Positions 1-10,775 are shown, counted from the stretch's first letter. The stretch is DNA of 64,000 nt from Chlamydiales bacterium (GCA_022601445.1 JAJACP010000003.1:68556-132555), one strand, 5' to 3'. A program made the numbers and translations. The notes: generated by a model not told the origin, from the sequence alone.

Positions 1-608
1 CCTCTTAATAGGGCCAGCGCAATGAACGAGAGAATGGCTACGCACCAGAAAGGAGTAGAGGGGTGAATGGATCTCAGGGCTTCTGCTCCCATGAAGAAAG
101 AACCCACAAAAATGGCCACAATCCAACTGAGGCCCAGTAGTGCAGCAATCAAACTAAAGGTCTTAGCGCGCGCTCTTTTTTTTGTGTACATATCGGCTGT
201 AATGGCCAGGCAGATAGCTAAGCTTCCTCCAAAAAAACCAGCTACAAGACGCCCCAAAATCATTAACCAGTAGAGTTGTAAAAGAACAGCAAGAGCTGTT
301 ACCACATATCCAAAGGCTGTTCCAAGCAGTGTCCAAGTGAGTGTTTTTTTTCGTCCATATTGATCGGCTAGGCTACCAAAAAGGGGAGCACCAAAAAACT
401 GTGCAAGAGGAAAGGCAGCAAATAAAAGAGCAAATCCCACGTTCCGTCCTATTTCTGAGGTAACGGAGGGGAGAAGACCAAAAGAGGGATCCAGAATAAG
501 CGTAGGAAACAGAAGAAAAAGAGCGGCAAATCCAAAATTATTGAGAAACAGAACCGCGAAAATTGAGATGAGCGACTGCCGCCGGCTTGAAATTTTAGGA
601 TACCCCAT
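1..608 (-). CDS. MFS transporter, TetA/DHA1-like (runs off the window start)
   Basis: Manual translation from ATG at 608: MGYPKISSRRQSLISIFAVLFLNNFGF...AQFFGAPLFGSLADQYGRKK (MFS motif A)...ILGRLVAGFFGGS. Not in the ORF track because it is truncated. Confidence 0.85.
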   Translation of the reverse strand, partial: MGYPKISSRRQSLISIFAVLFLNNFGFAALFLLFPTLILDPSFGLLPSVTSEIGRNVGFALLFAAFPLAQFFGAPLFGSLADQYGRKKTLTWTLLGTAFGYVVTALAVLLQLYWLMILGRLVAGFFGGSLAICLAITADMYTKKRARAKTFSLIAALLGLSWIVAIFVGSFFMGAEALRSIHPSTPFWCVAILSFIALALLR

Positions 609-634
609 AGAGGCATCCTAAAATTTATTTAGTT

Positions 635-1681
635 TTAGGTCCAGGTGAGATTTCCTGCCGTTTGGTACTCGGTCACGCGCGTTTCGAAAAAGTTTTTCTC
701 CTTGTTCAAATCGATTGTTTCACTCATCCAAGGGAAGGGGTTTTTCGATTGATAAATGGCTTTAATCCCGATCCGCTCCAGACGGCGATCGGCAATATGC
801 TGCACATAATCACGGAACATGGAAGCGCGCAGTCCTAAGATACCTGTAGGTAGGCAATCTTCTGCATAGGCGATCTCAAGCTCTACAGCTTCTTTAATGA
901 GCTCAACAATGTGCGCTTGAAACTCTGGTGTCCAGAGCTCAGGATTTTCCTCTTTAATTCCATTGATCAAATCGATTCCAAAGTTGAGGTGAATCGTTTC
1001 GTCACGGAGAATATACTGATACTGCTCCCCGATTCCGGTCATCCGATTTTGCCTTTGAAAGGAGAGAATCATCACAAAACCGCTGTAGAAAAAGATGCCC
1101 TCCATGATCAAGTAGTAGCCAATCAGATTTTCCAGAAATTTTTGTGCTCCTTCAAAAGTCTTTGTGGTAAAGCCCTCTTCTAAAACATCAGCTGTGAGTT
1201 TCATCTCAAAGGCATCTTTGTTTTTGATGACAGGGATTTCGTTATACATGTTAAATACTTCCCCCTCATCGAGTCCAAGCGACTCGCAAATATAGAGAAA
1301 CGTGTGCGAATGGACGGCCTCTTCAAAGGCTTGACGGAGCAAGTACTGCCGCGCTTCGGGGTTGGTGATATGGCGAAAGATAGCCAGAACGATGTTATTT
1401 CCTACCAGACTCTCAGCTGTGCTGAAAAAGCCCAGGTTACGCATGATTACGTGCCGCTCATCTTCAGATAAGGCATTGGATTTCCAAAGCTCGATATCTT
1501 TAGACATGGGCACCTCGGTCGGCAGCCAGTTATTCGCACATCCATTGAGATAGTGTTCCCAAGCCCAGTTGTATTTCAAAGGCATGAGTTGATTGACATC
1601 GACTGTGTTACAGTTGATCAGCCGCTTCTCTTTAACGTTGACTCTTTTTGCTTCCGCAATGTCTTCTTCTAATGCTAACAT
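635..1681 (-). CDS. nrdB: Ribonucleotide reductase small subunit, class Ic (Mn/Fe R2c type)
   Basis: Motifs [28 protein letters not shown] (Phe at the radical-Tyr position), MEGIFFY, RDETIH, C-terminal [10 protein letters not shown]. Start placed at ATG 1681 (MLALEE); the ORF track extends to 1729. Confidence 0.95.
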   Translation of the reverse strand: MLALEEDIAEAKRVNVKEKRLINCNTVDVNQLMPLKYNWAWEHYLNGCANNWLPTEVPMSKDIELWKSNALSEDERHVIMRNLGFFSTAESLVGNNIVLAIFRHITNPEARQYLLRQAFEEAVHSHTFLYICESLGLDEGEVFNMYNEIPVIKNKDAFEMKLTADVLEEGFTTKTFEGAQKFLENLIGYYLIMEGIFFYSGFVMILSFQRQNRMTGIGEQYQYILRDETIHLNFGIDLINGIKEENPELWTPEFQAHIVELIKEAVELEIAYAEDCLPTGILGLRASMFRDYVQHIADRRLERIGIKAIYQSKNPFPWMSETIDLNKEKNFFETRVTEYQTAGNLTWT

Positions 1682-1700
1682 TTTTACAATCCTTTTTTTA

Positions 1701-4700
1701 TTATTGACAACTCTCGCAACTCTCATCATCTAGACTACACGCTTTAGGTGTTTCTCTTTCTACGACCACACGGCTGGAGGCCGACTCGCTTTTCATCCAA
1801 CGAGGCTGCAGCCCCCGTTTGTTGATATCGGTGGTCGACTTTTCAATTTGTGTCGCCCCGAGTGAACGAAGGTAGTAGGTGGTTTTTAAACCTTTTTTCC
1901 AGGCCATCATGTACATGTCGTTCAACTTCTTCCCACTCGGTTCAGCTAAGTAGAGATTGAGCGACTGTCCCATGTCAATCCACTTCTGCCTGCGGCTACC
2001 ACACTCAATCACCCAGTCGGGCTCAATCTCAAAAGCGGTTAAAAAGACCTTTTTAATCGAATTGGGGATCCGATCGATCTCTAAAATCGAGCCGTCAAAG
2101 TATTTGAGATCGTCAATCATCTCGGCATCCCATAATCCATTCGCCTTCAGTTTATCTACCAGGTAAGGGTTGAGGACGGTGAACTCACCTGAGAGATTGG
2201 ATTTCACAAACAGGTGCTTGTACATCGGCTCAATTGACTGCGTCACACCTGTGATGTTGGAAATGGTAGCTGTGGGGGCAATGGCCATCGTGTTACAGTT
2301 ACGCATCCCATACTTGCGGATGGACTCACGGACAGGCGTCCAATCCATCCTTGCTGAGGTGTCCATTTCGTGGAATTCTTCGCCCCGCTCTTGCGTAAGC
2401 AAGCGGATGGAATCCATGGGTAAAATGCCCCGTTCCCACTTAGATCCTTTGTAGGTCGAGTAGGGACCTCTCTCCTTGGCAAGCTCACTCGAAGCTAAAA
2501 TCGCGTAGTAAGAGATCATTTCCATGCTCTCATCGGCAAACTCAACCGCTTCATGACTGGCGTAGCTGATGTCGAGCTTGTAGAGCGCATCTTGGAAGCC
2601 CATCATTCCCAATCCGATGGCACGGTGACGCAGATTAGCGCGCTTGGCCTCTTCGATCGGATAGAAATTGATGTCGATCACGTTATCTAGCATGCGGATC
2701 GCCGTGCGCACAGTGGAAGCGAGTAGCTCTTGATCGATTTTTCCGTCCCGCACATGGGCGGGCATGTTCACCGATCCCAGGTTACAGACAGCCGTCTCTT
2801 CTACCGAGGTATTGAGTAGAATTTCTGTGCAGAGATTGGAGCTGTGCACTACACCACAATGATCTTGAGGGGAACGGACATTCGAGGGATCTTTGAACGT
2901 GATCCACGGATGGCCTGTTTCGAAAAGCATACCGAGCATCTTGCGCCACAGTTGTAGCGCTTCTACTTTTTTAAAGTGTTTGATTTCACCGGTTTCAGTC
3001 ATTTTCTCATATTCGCAATACCGTGTTTCGAACGCTTTGCCATAGAGGTCATGTAGATCAGGGACATCGTTAGGAGAGAAGAGGGTCCACGTCTCTGCTC
3101 TTTCGACCCGTTTCATAAATAGATCGGGGATCCAGTTGGCGGTATTCATGTCGTGTGTACGCCGCCGCTCATCGCCCGTATTTTTTCTCAGCTCGAGAAA
3201 ATCTTCGATATCGAGGTGCCACGTTTCTAGGTACGCGCACATCGCTCCCTTCCGTTTGCCACCATTGTGCGCTAGACCAGCGGTTGTCATGTAAGAGGCG
3301 TCTCCTTCTACCTTTAAGTCAAAGACAAAGGGAGTCACCTCACAGGTTTCCTTTTTCTTCAAACGGGTAAACAAGTAGCCGTTATAAGAGAGCCAGTTTT
3401 GCTTGGACACCGGCTTACAGTTGACGCGTGAGGCAAGCTCAGGAACTGCCGGAATCCGTACATCATAGCAGCGCATGGTTCCCTTAAAAGGAGCAGATGA
3501 GCCATCGCTCCTAGTGCCCACATGATCATAAGAGCGTGTCCGTGCATTTCCTGCAGTTGGAACACCCAAGCGAAGCATTTGATAGCGCAGCCCCTCTGCC
3601 AAAGCGCGTGATGTGTTGGAAAAAGAGATCTCTGAGCCTCTTGAGACATTTCCATCCGTTTCTATAAGACCTTGCACAAGAGCCAAGGTTTGTGCGGGAG
3701 GGAGATGGGATAGGCGCGGCGCAATCCGTTTTTTCCCGCTCTCATCGTAAAGATCATCGTGGGTGAAGGGGAGAGTGCTCTCTCCGCTTCCTATAATGCG
3801 TCCAGAGGTTCCATCCCGCACAGCTCCACGGCCAGAGGCCCAATGGATCTGCTGATAGGTTTCCCCTCGCCCATTTTCCCAGAAGTGGATTCCACGCGCT
3901 TGTAGATAGGCGCGGACAAAGGCTAGGTGTGCATCTGTGCTCGGATTACCAGAGACACCCCATTGAGTTTCTTTTTTAGAGAGATGTCCATCACCCAGCA
4001 AAATGCCATAAAGGCGTGCATCTTCTTCAGTGAGCGCCGGAACAGAGACCACCTCTTTAGGGATCACTTGTGCAATATAATCGCCCTGTTGTAAATCTTG
4101 AGCCTCTACCCATTCGCAGCCCACTTTCTCTTTTTCCAGCCACTTCATGGTGCGTGCAGTTGCTTGCTCCATTGGGACGCCACGAATGGCGTAAAAAGGG
4201 TGGCCAGCTGTAACTGAAATGGGATCAATCGTATGCTTGATGTGTAAAGAGACCATAGGATCTTTTTGGTTATAAGCAAGTTTTTCAGTGACTTCGCGGT
4301 AGCGGCCACTGATACCCAGCACAAGATCTCCTTTTTCAATTTCAGAAATCGGTTGTACACCTTGTGCTGTATAAACAAGTGTATCGGGAGCAAAACACTG
4401 ATTAACTGCTACAGCTGTGTCGTTTGCGACTTTTAAGAAAGGGATCACCCCTTGGCTCCGCCCGTTCGTTCCTTTAATCATTGAGCCGGTGGCCCTAACG
4501 TTGGTCCAATCATTGCCCAAGCCACCTGCCCACTTAGAAAGCTGAGCGTCATCAGAAATGATCTTATAAATATGCGAAAGATCATCCATCACAGTCGATA
4601 AGTAACACGAACTGAGCTGCGAGTGATTCGTTCCCGAGTTAAATAGCGTAGGGGTTGCCGACACATAAAGAAAGCGAGAAAGTGTGTGATAAAACTCAAT

Positions 4701-6059
4701 CGCCCGCTTCTCTTTCTCTTTGCTTTCATTGAGCGCAAGTCCCATGGCCACCCGCATCCACATGATCTGAGGTGTTTCCAAGCGGCGCTCTTGGTGGTGG
4801 ATAAAGTAGCGATCGTAAAGAGTTTGTAGCCCCATATATGTAAAGGTTTGATCGCGATCGATCACAATCGCATCTGCCAGAGCATCCAGATCGAAGCTCA
4901 ATAGATTCGGATTGATCCGCTCATGAGAAACGGCCATGCGGAAGTACTCTTTAAAGTACTTCTTGTAGAGCTTTTTCAGGTTAGGGTGAGTGGCCTCTAC
5001 GCCAATCGTTTCTCTATAGAGCACATCAAGAAGGAGGTTAGAAGCAACGTATGTGTAGGCCGGTTCCACTTCCACTTTGGCCCTGGCGGCCATAATATTA
5101 GCAAGGTCAACCTCGTGATCCTTAATGCCGTCGTAAAAATTCGCAATGGCTTGTGTGACAAGCTCTTCAGGTGAGGTGAGCGTTTCATATCCTTTGCAGG
5201 CATGCGCAATGGTCTTGTGCAGTTGATTTTTGCCGAGCTTATAATGCGAACCATCTTTACGCACGACGGTAAAAAATTGCTCGCCTTCTGTTTCAATATG
5301 ACTCTCTTGCTCAACAAAAAGGGGCTCTTCATCTTGGTGCTTCTCCCGCTCTAAAGCGCGCTCGGCCCGATACAAGATAAAGTCTTTGGCCACCTCATAA
5401 TACCCTCCGCTCATCAACATGTGCTCAATTGCATCCTGCACCATTTCAACGCTCAACACACCACCTGCGTGCGTTTTTTCCATTGCATGATCGACAACTA
5501 GGTTTGTAATGACATTCACCGACTCAATCACATTTTGGGGGGTGGGTCCGACTACTTTAAAGGTGTCGCGAAATCCCCGCTCTATGGCAGAGGCGATTTT
5601 CATCGGATTGAAACGGACAAACGAGACGCCATCACGGCGCAACACTTTTAAGGCGCAGGGTGAGTCTTTTCTCAGTTTTTTGTGTGTATCGCGATAAATA
5701 ATGTAGTCACGCGCCACATCGTGGTGTCCTGTCTCCATTAACTTGACTTCCACAATATCCTGTATTCCCTCAACAGTTAGCAGAGCTCCTAGCGTAGATA
5801 GCTTAACTGACTCCTCGACAACAAGATCGGCAATGAGCTCAATCGTTTGCCGGATCTGCTCTGGGAGTGAATCGGGTTGATGAATCTCTTTTGTATCGCG
5901 AAAGGCCGCCTGTAGGGCGTGCACAATGCGATCACGACGAAACGGAACGAGCATTCCGTTACGTTTTACAATCGTGTATCCTTGGGAAGGGATTGTTTGT
6001 GTCTGCTTTGCCTCTTCCGTTTGGGGTGGGAGTGTGGCTGTTACTTGGTCTTCTCTCAT
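1701..6059 (-). CDS. nrdA: Ribonucleotide reductase large subunit with three N-terminal ATP cones and an intein
   Basis: ATP-cone starts IVKRNG, VLRRDG and VVRKDG; [38 protein letters not shown]; C-terminal CESCQ. Confidence 0.97.
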   Translation of the reverse strand: MREDQVTATLPPQTEEAKQTQTIPSQGYTIVKRNGMLVPFRRDRIVHALQAAFRDTKEIHQPDSLPEQIRQTIELIADLVVEESVKLSTLGALLTVEGIQDIVEVKLMETGHHDVARDYIIYRDTHKKLRKDSPCALKVLRRDGVSFVRFNPMKIASAIERGFRDTFKVVGPTPQNVIESVNVITNLVVDHAMEKTHAGGVLSVEMVQDAIEHMLMSGGYYEVAKDFILYRAERALEREKHQDEEPLFVEQESHIETEGEQFFTVVRKDGSHYKLGKNQLHKTIAHACKGYETLTSPEELVTQAIANFYDGIKDHEVDLANIMAARAKVEVEPAYTYVASNLLLDVLYRETIGVEATHPNLKKLYKKYFKEYFRMAVSHERINPNLLSFDLDALADAIVIDRDQTFTYMGLQTLYDRYFIHHQERRLETPQIMWMRVAMGLALNESKEKEKRAIEFYHTLSRFLYVSATPTLFNSGTNHSQLSSCYLSTVMDDLSHIYKIISDDAQLSKWAGGLGNDWTNVRATGSMIKGTNGRSQGVIPFLKVANDTAVAVNQCFAPDTLVYTAQGVQPISEIEKGDLVLGISGRYREVTEKLAYNQKDPMVSLHIKHTIDPISVTAGHPFYAIRGVPMEQATARTMKWLEKEKVGCEWVEAQDLQQGDYIAQVIPKEVVSVPALTEEDARLYGILLGDGHLSKKETQWGVSGNPSTDAHLAFVRAYLQARGIHFWENGRGETYQQIHWASGRGAVRDGTSGRIIGSGESTLPFTHDDLYDESGKKRIAPRLSHLPPAQTLALVQGLIETDGNVSRGSEISFSNTSRALAEGLRYQMLRLGVPTAGNARTRSYDHVGTRSDGSSAPFKGTMRCYDVRIPAVPELASRVNCKPVSKQNWLSYNGYLFTRLKKKETCEVTPFVFDLKVEGDASYMTTAGLAHNGGKRKGAMCAYLETWHLDIEDFLELRKNTGDERRRTHDMNTANWIPDLFMKRVERAETWTLFSPNDVPDLHDLYGKAFETRYCEYEKMTETGEIKHFKKVEALQLWRKMLGMLFETGHPWITFKDPSNVRSPQDHCGVVHSSNLCTEILLNTSVEETAVCNLGSVNMPAHVRDGKIDQELLASTVRTAIRMLDNVIDINFYPIEEAKRANLRHRAIGLGMMGFQDALYKLDISYASHEAVEFADESMEMISYYAILASSELAKERGPYSTYKGSKWERGILPMDSIRLLTQERGEEFHEMDTSARMDWTPVRESIRKYGMRNCNTMAIAPTATISNITGVTQSIEPMYKHLFVKSNLSGEFTVLNPYLVDKLKANGLWDAEMIDDLKYFDGSILEIDRIPNSIKKVFLTAFEIEPDWVIECGSRRQKWIDMGQSLNLYLAEPSGKKLNDMYMMAWKKGLKTTYYLRSLGATQIEKSTTDINKRGLQPRWMKSESASSRVVVERETPKACSLDDESCESCQ
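3264..4397 (-). mobile_element. Intein (378 aa) with LAGLIDADG homing endonuclease domain, inserted in NrdA
   Basis: Junctions VAVNQ|CFAPDTLV and AGLAHN|GGKRKGA. Block B VTAGHPF, LAGLIDADG-like LYGILLGDG and [10 protein letters not shown], block F VFDLKVE. Removing it restores the conserved VNQGGKRKGA. Confidence 0.93.
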
Positions 6060-6125
6060 ACGTTTTTTTTCTCACTTTTTTGGAAATTACGCTTGCAAAA
6101 AAATCGCTCGTTCAAACCAGGAAAA

Positions 6126-6173
6126 ATACTACAGGTTGTGTCGTTCGCGCTTATGAAATACTATATATAGTAC
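6126..6173. promoter_or_regulatory. Tandem NrdR boxes upstream of nrdA
   Basis: ATACTACAGGTTGTGT (6126-6141) and ATACTATATATAGTAC (6158-6173) fit the consensus acaCwAtATaTwGtgt. Their starts are 32 bp apart, typical of NrdR box pairs. Confidence 0.85.
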
Positions 6174-6273
6174 CGGCGCGGTTAATGTCTACGGAAATTA
6201 ATCTGCGTTTTCACAAAAACTCAAAAGCAAAGAGAATGAGAAATTTCGCGCGCAAAAATCCGACGTAAGTGTG

Positions 6274-6729
6274 TCATTTTAGATTCAAGATAAACTGGAA
6301 ATGGTGCGCGCTGACAGGTTGCACAGACAAGCGTGATCCACGCTGTGTGACCATCAACTCTTCGAGCTCGGGATGTTGTTTTAATTCATGCAGAGTGATG
6401 ACATTTGGGAACTTTTCGACAAACTCCACATCGACCATCATCCAGATGGGTTTATCAGGGGAGGCTTTGGGGTCGAAGTGATCGGATTTAGGATCCCACG
6501 CTGTGTAGTCGGGGTGCGCCTCTTTGCAGACGCGGCAGAGGCCTACAATTCCAGCGGGGTTGCAGCTAGAGTGGTAGAAAAAAGCGAGATCGCCTACTTG
6601 CATTTCATCACGCATGATGTTTCGTGCTTGGTAGTTACGCACCCCATCCCAACTGGTTGTGTGCATGCGTTCTAGATCATCAATTGAGTAGCATGTTGGT
6701 TCAGACTTCATCAACCAGTAGCGTGTCAT
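6274..6729 (-). CDS. EVE domain protein
   Basis: YWLMKSEP, WDGVRNYQARN, GDLAFFYHS, RLSVQPV. Start at ATG 6729. Confidence 0.92.
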   Translation of the reverse strand: MTRYWLMKSEPTCYSIDDLERMHTTSWDGVRNYQARNIMRDEMQVGDLAFFYHSSCNPAGIVGLCRVCKEAHPDYTAWDPKSDHFDPKASPDKPIWMMVDVEFVEKFPNVITLHELKQHPELEELMVTQRGSRLSVQPVSAHHFQFILNLK

Positions 6730-6935
6730 GGCGCGAGCTCCTTTCAAAAACGTAGAGGCATATTAAGTTATAGAGACTATAAACACAATTGCTGCAATGG
6801 CATGTTGCCATATGCAGCCATCGCCGCCGATTTACTACGTAATCGGCACATCAAAAATGGCTTTATCTGCTTAATTCGATTGCATTTCTCCAAAATTTAG
6901 ATATAAAATGCTCTTTTACACTGTTTAGGTGAAAT

Positions 6936-7757
6936 GTGAAAAAAGTCTATTTGATTCCAAGCGGTATCACAGCATTCGGGTTGGCCATTGGCCTCTTTGT
7001 GATCTTTAAAACAAGTCTGGCTGATCCCGATCGAGGCCTTTTCTCTATTTTACAAGCCTCGGCTATCTTGCTCTTAATTGCAGGGATCGCCGATCTAGCC
7101 GATGGGGCTGTCGCGCGCCTGATTAAGGCTGAGAGTGAATTTGGTGGGCAGTTTGACTCTCTTTCAGACTCTGTCACCTTTGGAGTCGCGCCACCGCTTC
7201 TGATTTTGAAAAGCTTAACCGGTGGCGAAGACCTTGGAAGGCTCATCACTCTCTTTGTGATCATTGCAGCGATGATCTACACGCTCTGTGGAGTGCTCCG
7301 CTTGGTGCGCTATAATGTGCATAGCAAAGATGCGGTGAATACTATACAGAAACACTTTACAGGCTTGCCTATTCCGGCGGCAGCAGCAGCAGCGATTTCG
7401 GCCGCTTTGATTTCCATCTCTCCCTGGGTGGAAGAGACGATCGGTTGGGGTGTGCAGACGCGCGCCTTCACTATGATGGGGGTGCTGGTTCTGCTGGGCT
7501 ACTTTATGGTGAGTAAATGGAAATTCCCCAGCTTGAAAGCGCTGCATTTTCGGGTGCACTCTTTTTATCTGGTGTTTGTACTAGGAGTGATGGGGGTTTT
7601 GATTCTCTATGGGATCCTGGACCACTTCGCTGAAGCGTTTTTCATCGTCTCGTGGCTCTATCTATTGATTGCGTGGACACTCTCTATGATTCGGCTGATT
7701 GCCGGCAAACGGTCCAAAGCCCTTGTCGACTTTGAGCCCGATGATCATGAAGATTAA
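6936..7757 (+). CDS. pssA: CDP-diacylglycerol--serine O-phosphatidyltransferase
   Basis: CDP-alcohol phosphotransferase motif DLADGAVARL...GGQFDSLSD..FGVAP; RLVRYN; FTGLPIPAAA. Confidence 0.9.
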   Translation: MKKVYLIPSGITAFGLAIGLFVIFKTSLADPDRGLFSILQASAILLLIAGIADLADGAVARLIKAESEFGGQFDSLSDSVTFGVAPPLLILKSLTGGEDLGRLITLFVIIAAMIYTLCGVLRLVRYNVHSKDAVNTIQKHFTGLPIPAAAAAAISAALISISPWVEETIGWGVQTRAFTMMGVLVLLGYFMVSKWKFPSLKALHFRVHSFYLVFVLGVMGVLILYGILDHFAEAFFIVSWLYLLIAWTLSMIRLIAGKRSKALVDFEPDDHED

Positions 7758-7785
7758 CCCCACTCCCTAGAAAGGAAGTGAGGTT
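7756..7785 (-). terminator. Hairpin between convergent pssA and the Inc-like gene
   Basis: On the minus strand AACCTCACTTCCT-TTCT-AGGGAGTGGGGTT forms a 13-bp stem with G-U pairs. Confidence 0.5.
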
Positions 7786-7829
7786 TTGGATCAGACTAGA
7801 CTGCGTCAGCTGTAGTATGGGGGCACCAC

Positions 7830-8237
7830 CTACTGGCCTCCGCCTCCGCCTCCGCTACCACCTGCTGCGGCAGCAGCTGCGGCAGCACCACTTCCACCAT
7901 CACCAGCTACCTCGCTTGAAGATGAAGTAGAAGATGAGTCATTTCCACTATTAGAAGTAGAAGGTTTGCGGATACAGCGTGCGGAGGCAGCTGACATGGC
8001 TAGCATGAGCAGGGCGGCACCAGGGCCTACAAGAGCGGCACCACCGACTGTGCCTAAAGCTGAGGCAAAAGGCGCTACGCCACTAAGAGCAAGAGCGCCG
8101 ATGATGATTGCAGCAATGGCTGTGATGGCTGCTAGGCTAATTGTGACCTTAGAGGTCGCACATGATTGGGCACGTTGTGCAGGAGCACTTTGAGTGCAGC
8201 TACGCAGCGCAGATAAAGGGTTACAAGAAGCAGTCAT
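7830..8237 (-). CDS. Inc-like (bilobed hydrophobic domain) membrane protein, paralog A
   Basis: ~50-aa hydrophobic hairpin (TISLAAITAIAAIIIGALALSGVAPFASALGTVGGAALVGPGAALLMLAM); S/A/G low-complexity tail; RBS AAGGAG. Confidence 0.65.
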   Translation of the reverse strand: MTASCNPLSALRSCTQSAPAQRAQSCATSKVTISLAAITAIAAIIIGALALSGVAPFASALGTVGGAALVGPGAALLMLAMSAASARCIRKPSTSNSGNDSSSTSSSSEVAGDGGSGAAAAAAAAGGSGGGGGGQ

Positions 8238-8270
8238 TTTCTATCTCCTTTTGTTGAAAATGAAAGAGTT

Positions 8271-8299
8271 ATGATAAATATATTGCTGTTTTAATTCAA
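8271..8299 (-). promoter_or_regulatory. Sigma66/70-type promoter of Inc-like paralog A
   Basis: TTGAAT-N17-TATCAT on the minus strand; the same hexamers and spacing occur upstream of paralog B. Confidence 0.7.
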
Positions 8300-8313
8300 T
8301 TTTTTTTAAAAGC

Positions 8314-9087
8314 CTAAAGCCTAGCGATTCCACTTTGATTCGCGCTATCGGGGTTGGGCCGAGCCTCTACAATACGGTCCCAAAATGCAGAAAAGTCTTT
8401 CCACTTCTGCGCTCTCTGAATCAACCGGTCTGGATGGATGATCTACCCTTGGAGCAGGGCAGAATCGATGGCCAGATCATGCATCCAGAGCGAATCCAGA
8501 AGATCCTTCACTTCTAGGTTATCTGTCCCGTCAACAAGATCTTTTAGTTTATGTGTTAAAATATCATTTGAAATAGCGTAGGCCCTTGCGTTTTCACTCT
8601 GGGGTAGCACAATGAGAAAAAAGTCTATGGCCTTTAAGTACTCAGCTTCCAATGAGTCAGAGCTCTATTTAACTGTAAGAATTTAGTTTCGCTCTAGATA
8701 GAAATGCTCAGTAAGGTGCGGCGTTTTAAACAGCATTTGCCAAGGTGCTTCGATTCGTTCTGTGTGCAACCCTAGGTTTGGATACACTTTTCCAAGATTG
8801 AGAAAAATGCCGTGCGGGTTGCTTCCATTATAAGGGTGTTCAGGTTCAGGGGAATCGATCGGGTACCGAATGAGAGGGCAACGGGCTGTTAAGCCTACTT
8901 CTCCTCTAAAGTCATCTAGAGACACTTCAGTTGGGTAGAAGCGGAAAGAGACCTTCTCTTGTGTTGGCGTGCTGTTTAAAAGAGGATGAAGTTGAGAGCC
9001 GCCACCTAAATTGAAGGTCGTAGATTATTGAACAACTGTTCCTTGTATCAGATTTTGGCTGATACAAAGACTGAGTTTTTTAACACC
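8314..9087 (-). pseudogene. Probable pseudogene of unknown function
   Basis: ORFs 8683-8925 and 8443-8652 share one frame that reads as protein-like over ~255 codons, with in-frame stops at 9025, 8683, 8665 and 8443. Confidence 0.45.
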
Positions 9088-9090
9088 CTC

Positions 9091-9549
9091 TTACCTATCT
9101 GCATCATCTTCTTTTTGTTGTACTATAATTGTATTCGCTGTTGGAACAGTTCTATTGCTGCTGTTGCAGTCATCATCTGTCTGGTCTGCTCGTATTTGTG
9201 CTAATAGTGCTCCCATTTCTGTTACATCCTGCTGTGAAGCAACATGGTGAGTTGGTGGAGGTTTATCCGCACTCGCTGGTTTGCGTGTGCAGACTGCGCT
9301 GGCAGCTGTCCCAGCTAGTAAAAGTAGAGCAATACCAGAGCTTGCAAGAGCGGCGCCACCGACTGTGCCCAAAGCTGCAGCAAAGGGGGCTACACCACTA
9401 AGAGCAAGAGCGCCAATGATGATCGCAGCAACGGATGTAATGGCTGCTAGGCTAATAGTAGCCTTAGAGGTAGCGCACGACTGGACACAGTGCGCTGGAG
9501 TTATTCGAGCAGATTGATTCTCTGGTGTAGGAGTAGGGATAAGTGTCAT
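9091..9549 (-). CDS. Inc-like membrane protein, paralog B
   Basis: Hydrophobic core nearly identical to paralog A (QSCATSK.TISLAAIT..AAIIIGALALSGVAPFA.ALGTVGGAAL). Start set at ATG 9549 by alignment with A. Confidence 0.65.
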   Translation of the reverse strand: MTLIPTPTPENQSARITPAHCVQSCATSKATISLAAITSVAAIIIGALALSGVAPFAAALGTVGGAALASSGIALLLLAGTAASAVCTRKPASADKPPPTHHVASQQDVTEMGALLAQIRADQTDDDCNSSNRTVPTANTIIVQQKEDDADR

Positions 9550-9583
9550 TTTTCTATTTCCTTTTGTTGAAAACAAAAGAACT

Positions 9584-9612
9584 ATGATAATTGCATTACT
9601 GTTTTAATTCAA
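9584..9612 (-). promoter_or_regulatory. Sigma66/70-type promoter of Inc-like paralog B
   Basis: TTGAAT-N17-TATCAT inside an ~80-bp upstream segment duplicated with 8238-8317. Confidence 0.7.
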
Positions 9613-9737
9613 TCTTTTTTAAAAGCCTAACCATTCTTGCGCGGGTGGCGCTCTTAGGCGTAGCCTCCAAACTAGGATCCGCTGTTATTAGGTAGGAACG
9701 GCACATAGAATGGTGGGTGTAAAATAATTCCAGGCAA

Positions 9738-10121
9738 TCATGTCCTGTTCCTTGCTATTGCCGCTGCCGCTGCACGTTGTCCAGGGGTCAATGCGTTACT
9801 GGATCCAGAAGATCCACCTAGTCTGGCTTTTTGGCGCTGGTAGCGGATACAGCCAAGTGTGACACTTAGACAGGTAATCAGAAAACCGGCAGCCAAAAGA
9901 AAGGAGCCTCCAATAGTGCCCCCAAGGGCACTGCCTACCACCCCAATGGCAGATCCTGGGTGGGCGGCACCGGCAAGGACTAAAGCGCTCAAAATCATCA
10001 GAGCAAGGCCCGCCACAGCTAGAAGGGCCACGGCTTTTTTTGTGGTGCCCCACGCTTCCGCTCGCTGAACGAGTGGGTGAGTCTCAAAGCGGTTGACACG
10101 TTCAAGAAGTAGGGAAGCCAT
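9738..10121 (-). CDS. Inc-like membrane protein C
   Basis: Bilobed hydrophobic domain AVALLAVAGLALMILSALVLAG-AAHPGSAIG-...GSFLLAAGFLITCLSVTLGC. Upstream TTGATT-N17-TACTAT at 10144-10172. Confidence 0.6.
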   Translation of the reverse strand: MASLLLERVNRFETHPLVQRAEAWGTTKKAVALLAVAGLALMILSALVLAGAAHPGSAIGVVGSALGGTIGGSFLLAAGFLITCLSVTLGCIRYQRQKARLGGSSGSSNALTPGQRAAAAAIARNRT

Positions 10122-10184
10122 TTTACCTCTCTTTTTTTGAAAGATAGTACAGTTAATATTCTTTTAAATCAATGTATAATTGTT

Positions 10185-10775
10185 TTAATAATTTCTCAGG
10201 AGAGTTAAAATAGTTCCTTGAATAGAGACATGATCTTCGCGGACCATGAGCGGCTGGACATGAGGGCTGACCGATTCAAAGCGGATGTAAGGAGGCTCTG
10301 AATAGGCGCGCTTCACAAGGGTGATCTGCTCATCGATAAGCGCAATCACCAGCTCTCCCTCTTCAAACTTCCGGCGGGGCGCCACTAAAACAAGATCGTC
10401 TGGCTGCAGGCACTCTTCCAGAAGCGACTCATCGGCGACGGTGAGCAGGTAACACTCTTCGCTAGGAGGAGAGGGGAAATGTACAGAAACAATTTGAGCA
10501 AACGTCTCAATGGCAGACCCACCGCGTAGCTTACCAATCAGAGGCACCGTTTCCAAAGAGGGATCGGTTTGAAGCTTTAATGAGCGCGCTCCTTTTGAGA
10601 ATTCTGAGACAACGCCCTTTCGCTTGAGTGTTTGGATGTGGTTGTAGACAGAGCCGAGAGAGGCAAATCCGAAAAAATCCTGAATTTCGCGATAGCTAGG
10701 ACTGCACCGTTTTTCAGTGGCATACGATTCAATGAAGTCGACGATTTCACGTTGTTTTTTGGTCAGCCCTTGCAT
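10185..10775 (-). CDS. lexA: LexA repressor
   Basis: MQGLTKKQREIVDFI...SPSYREI..FGFAS..SVYNHIQTLKRKG (LexA wHTH) plus an S24 peptidase domain (VPLIG, DES, VKR). Start at ATG 10775. Confidence 0.88.
   Translation of the reverse strand: MQGLTKKQREIVDFIESYATEKRCSPSYREIQDFFGFASLGSVYNHIQTLKRKGVVSEFSKGARSLKLQTDPSLETVPLIGKLRGGSAIETFAQIVSVHFPSPPSEECYLLTVADESLLEECLQPDDLVLVAPRRKFEEGELVIALIDEQITLVKRAYSEPPYIRFESVSPHVQPLMVREDHVSIQGTILTLLRNY

Noticed and set aside
6791-6818. Hairpin GCTGCAATGGCA-TGT-TGCCATATGCAGC between the EVE gene and pssA
   Set aside because: It is short, bulged and single-copy, with no U-tract or recognisable motif, so there is not enough to assign a function.
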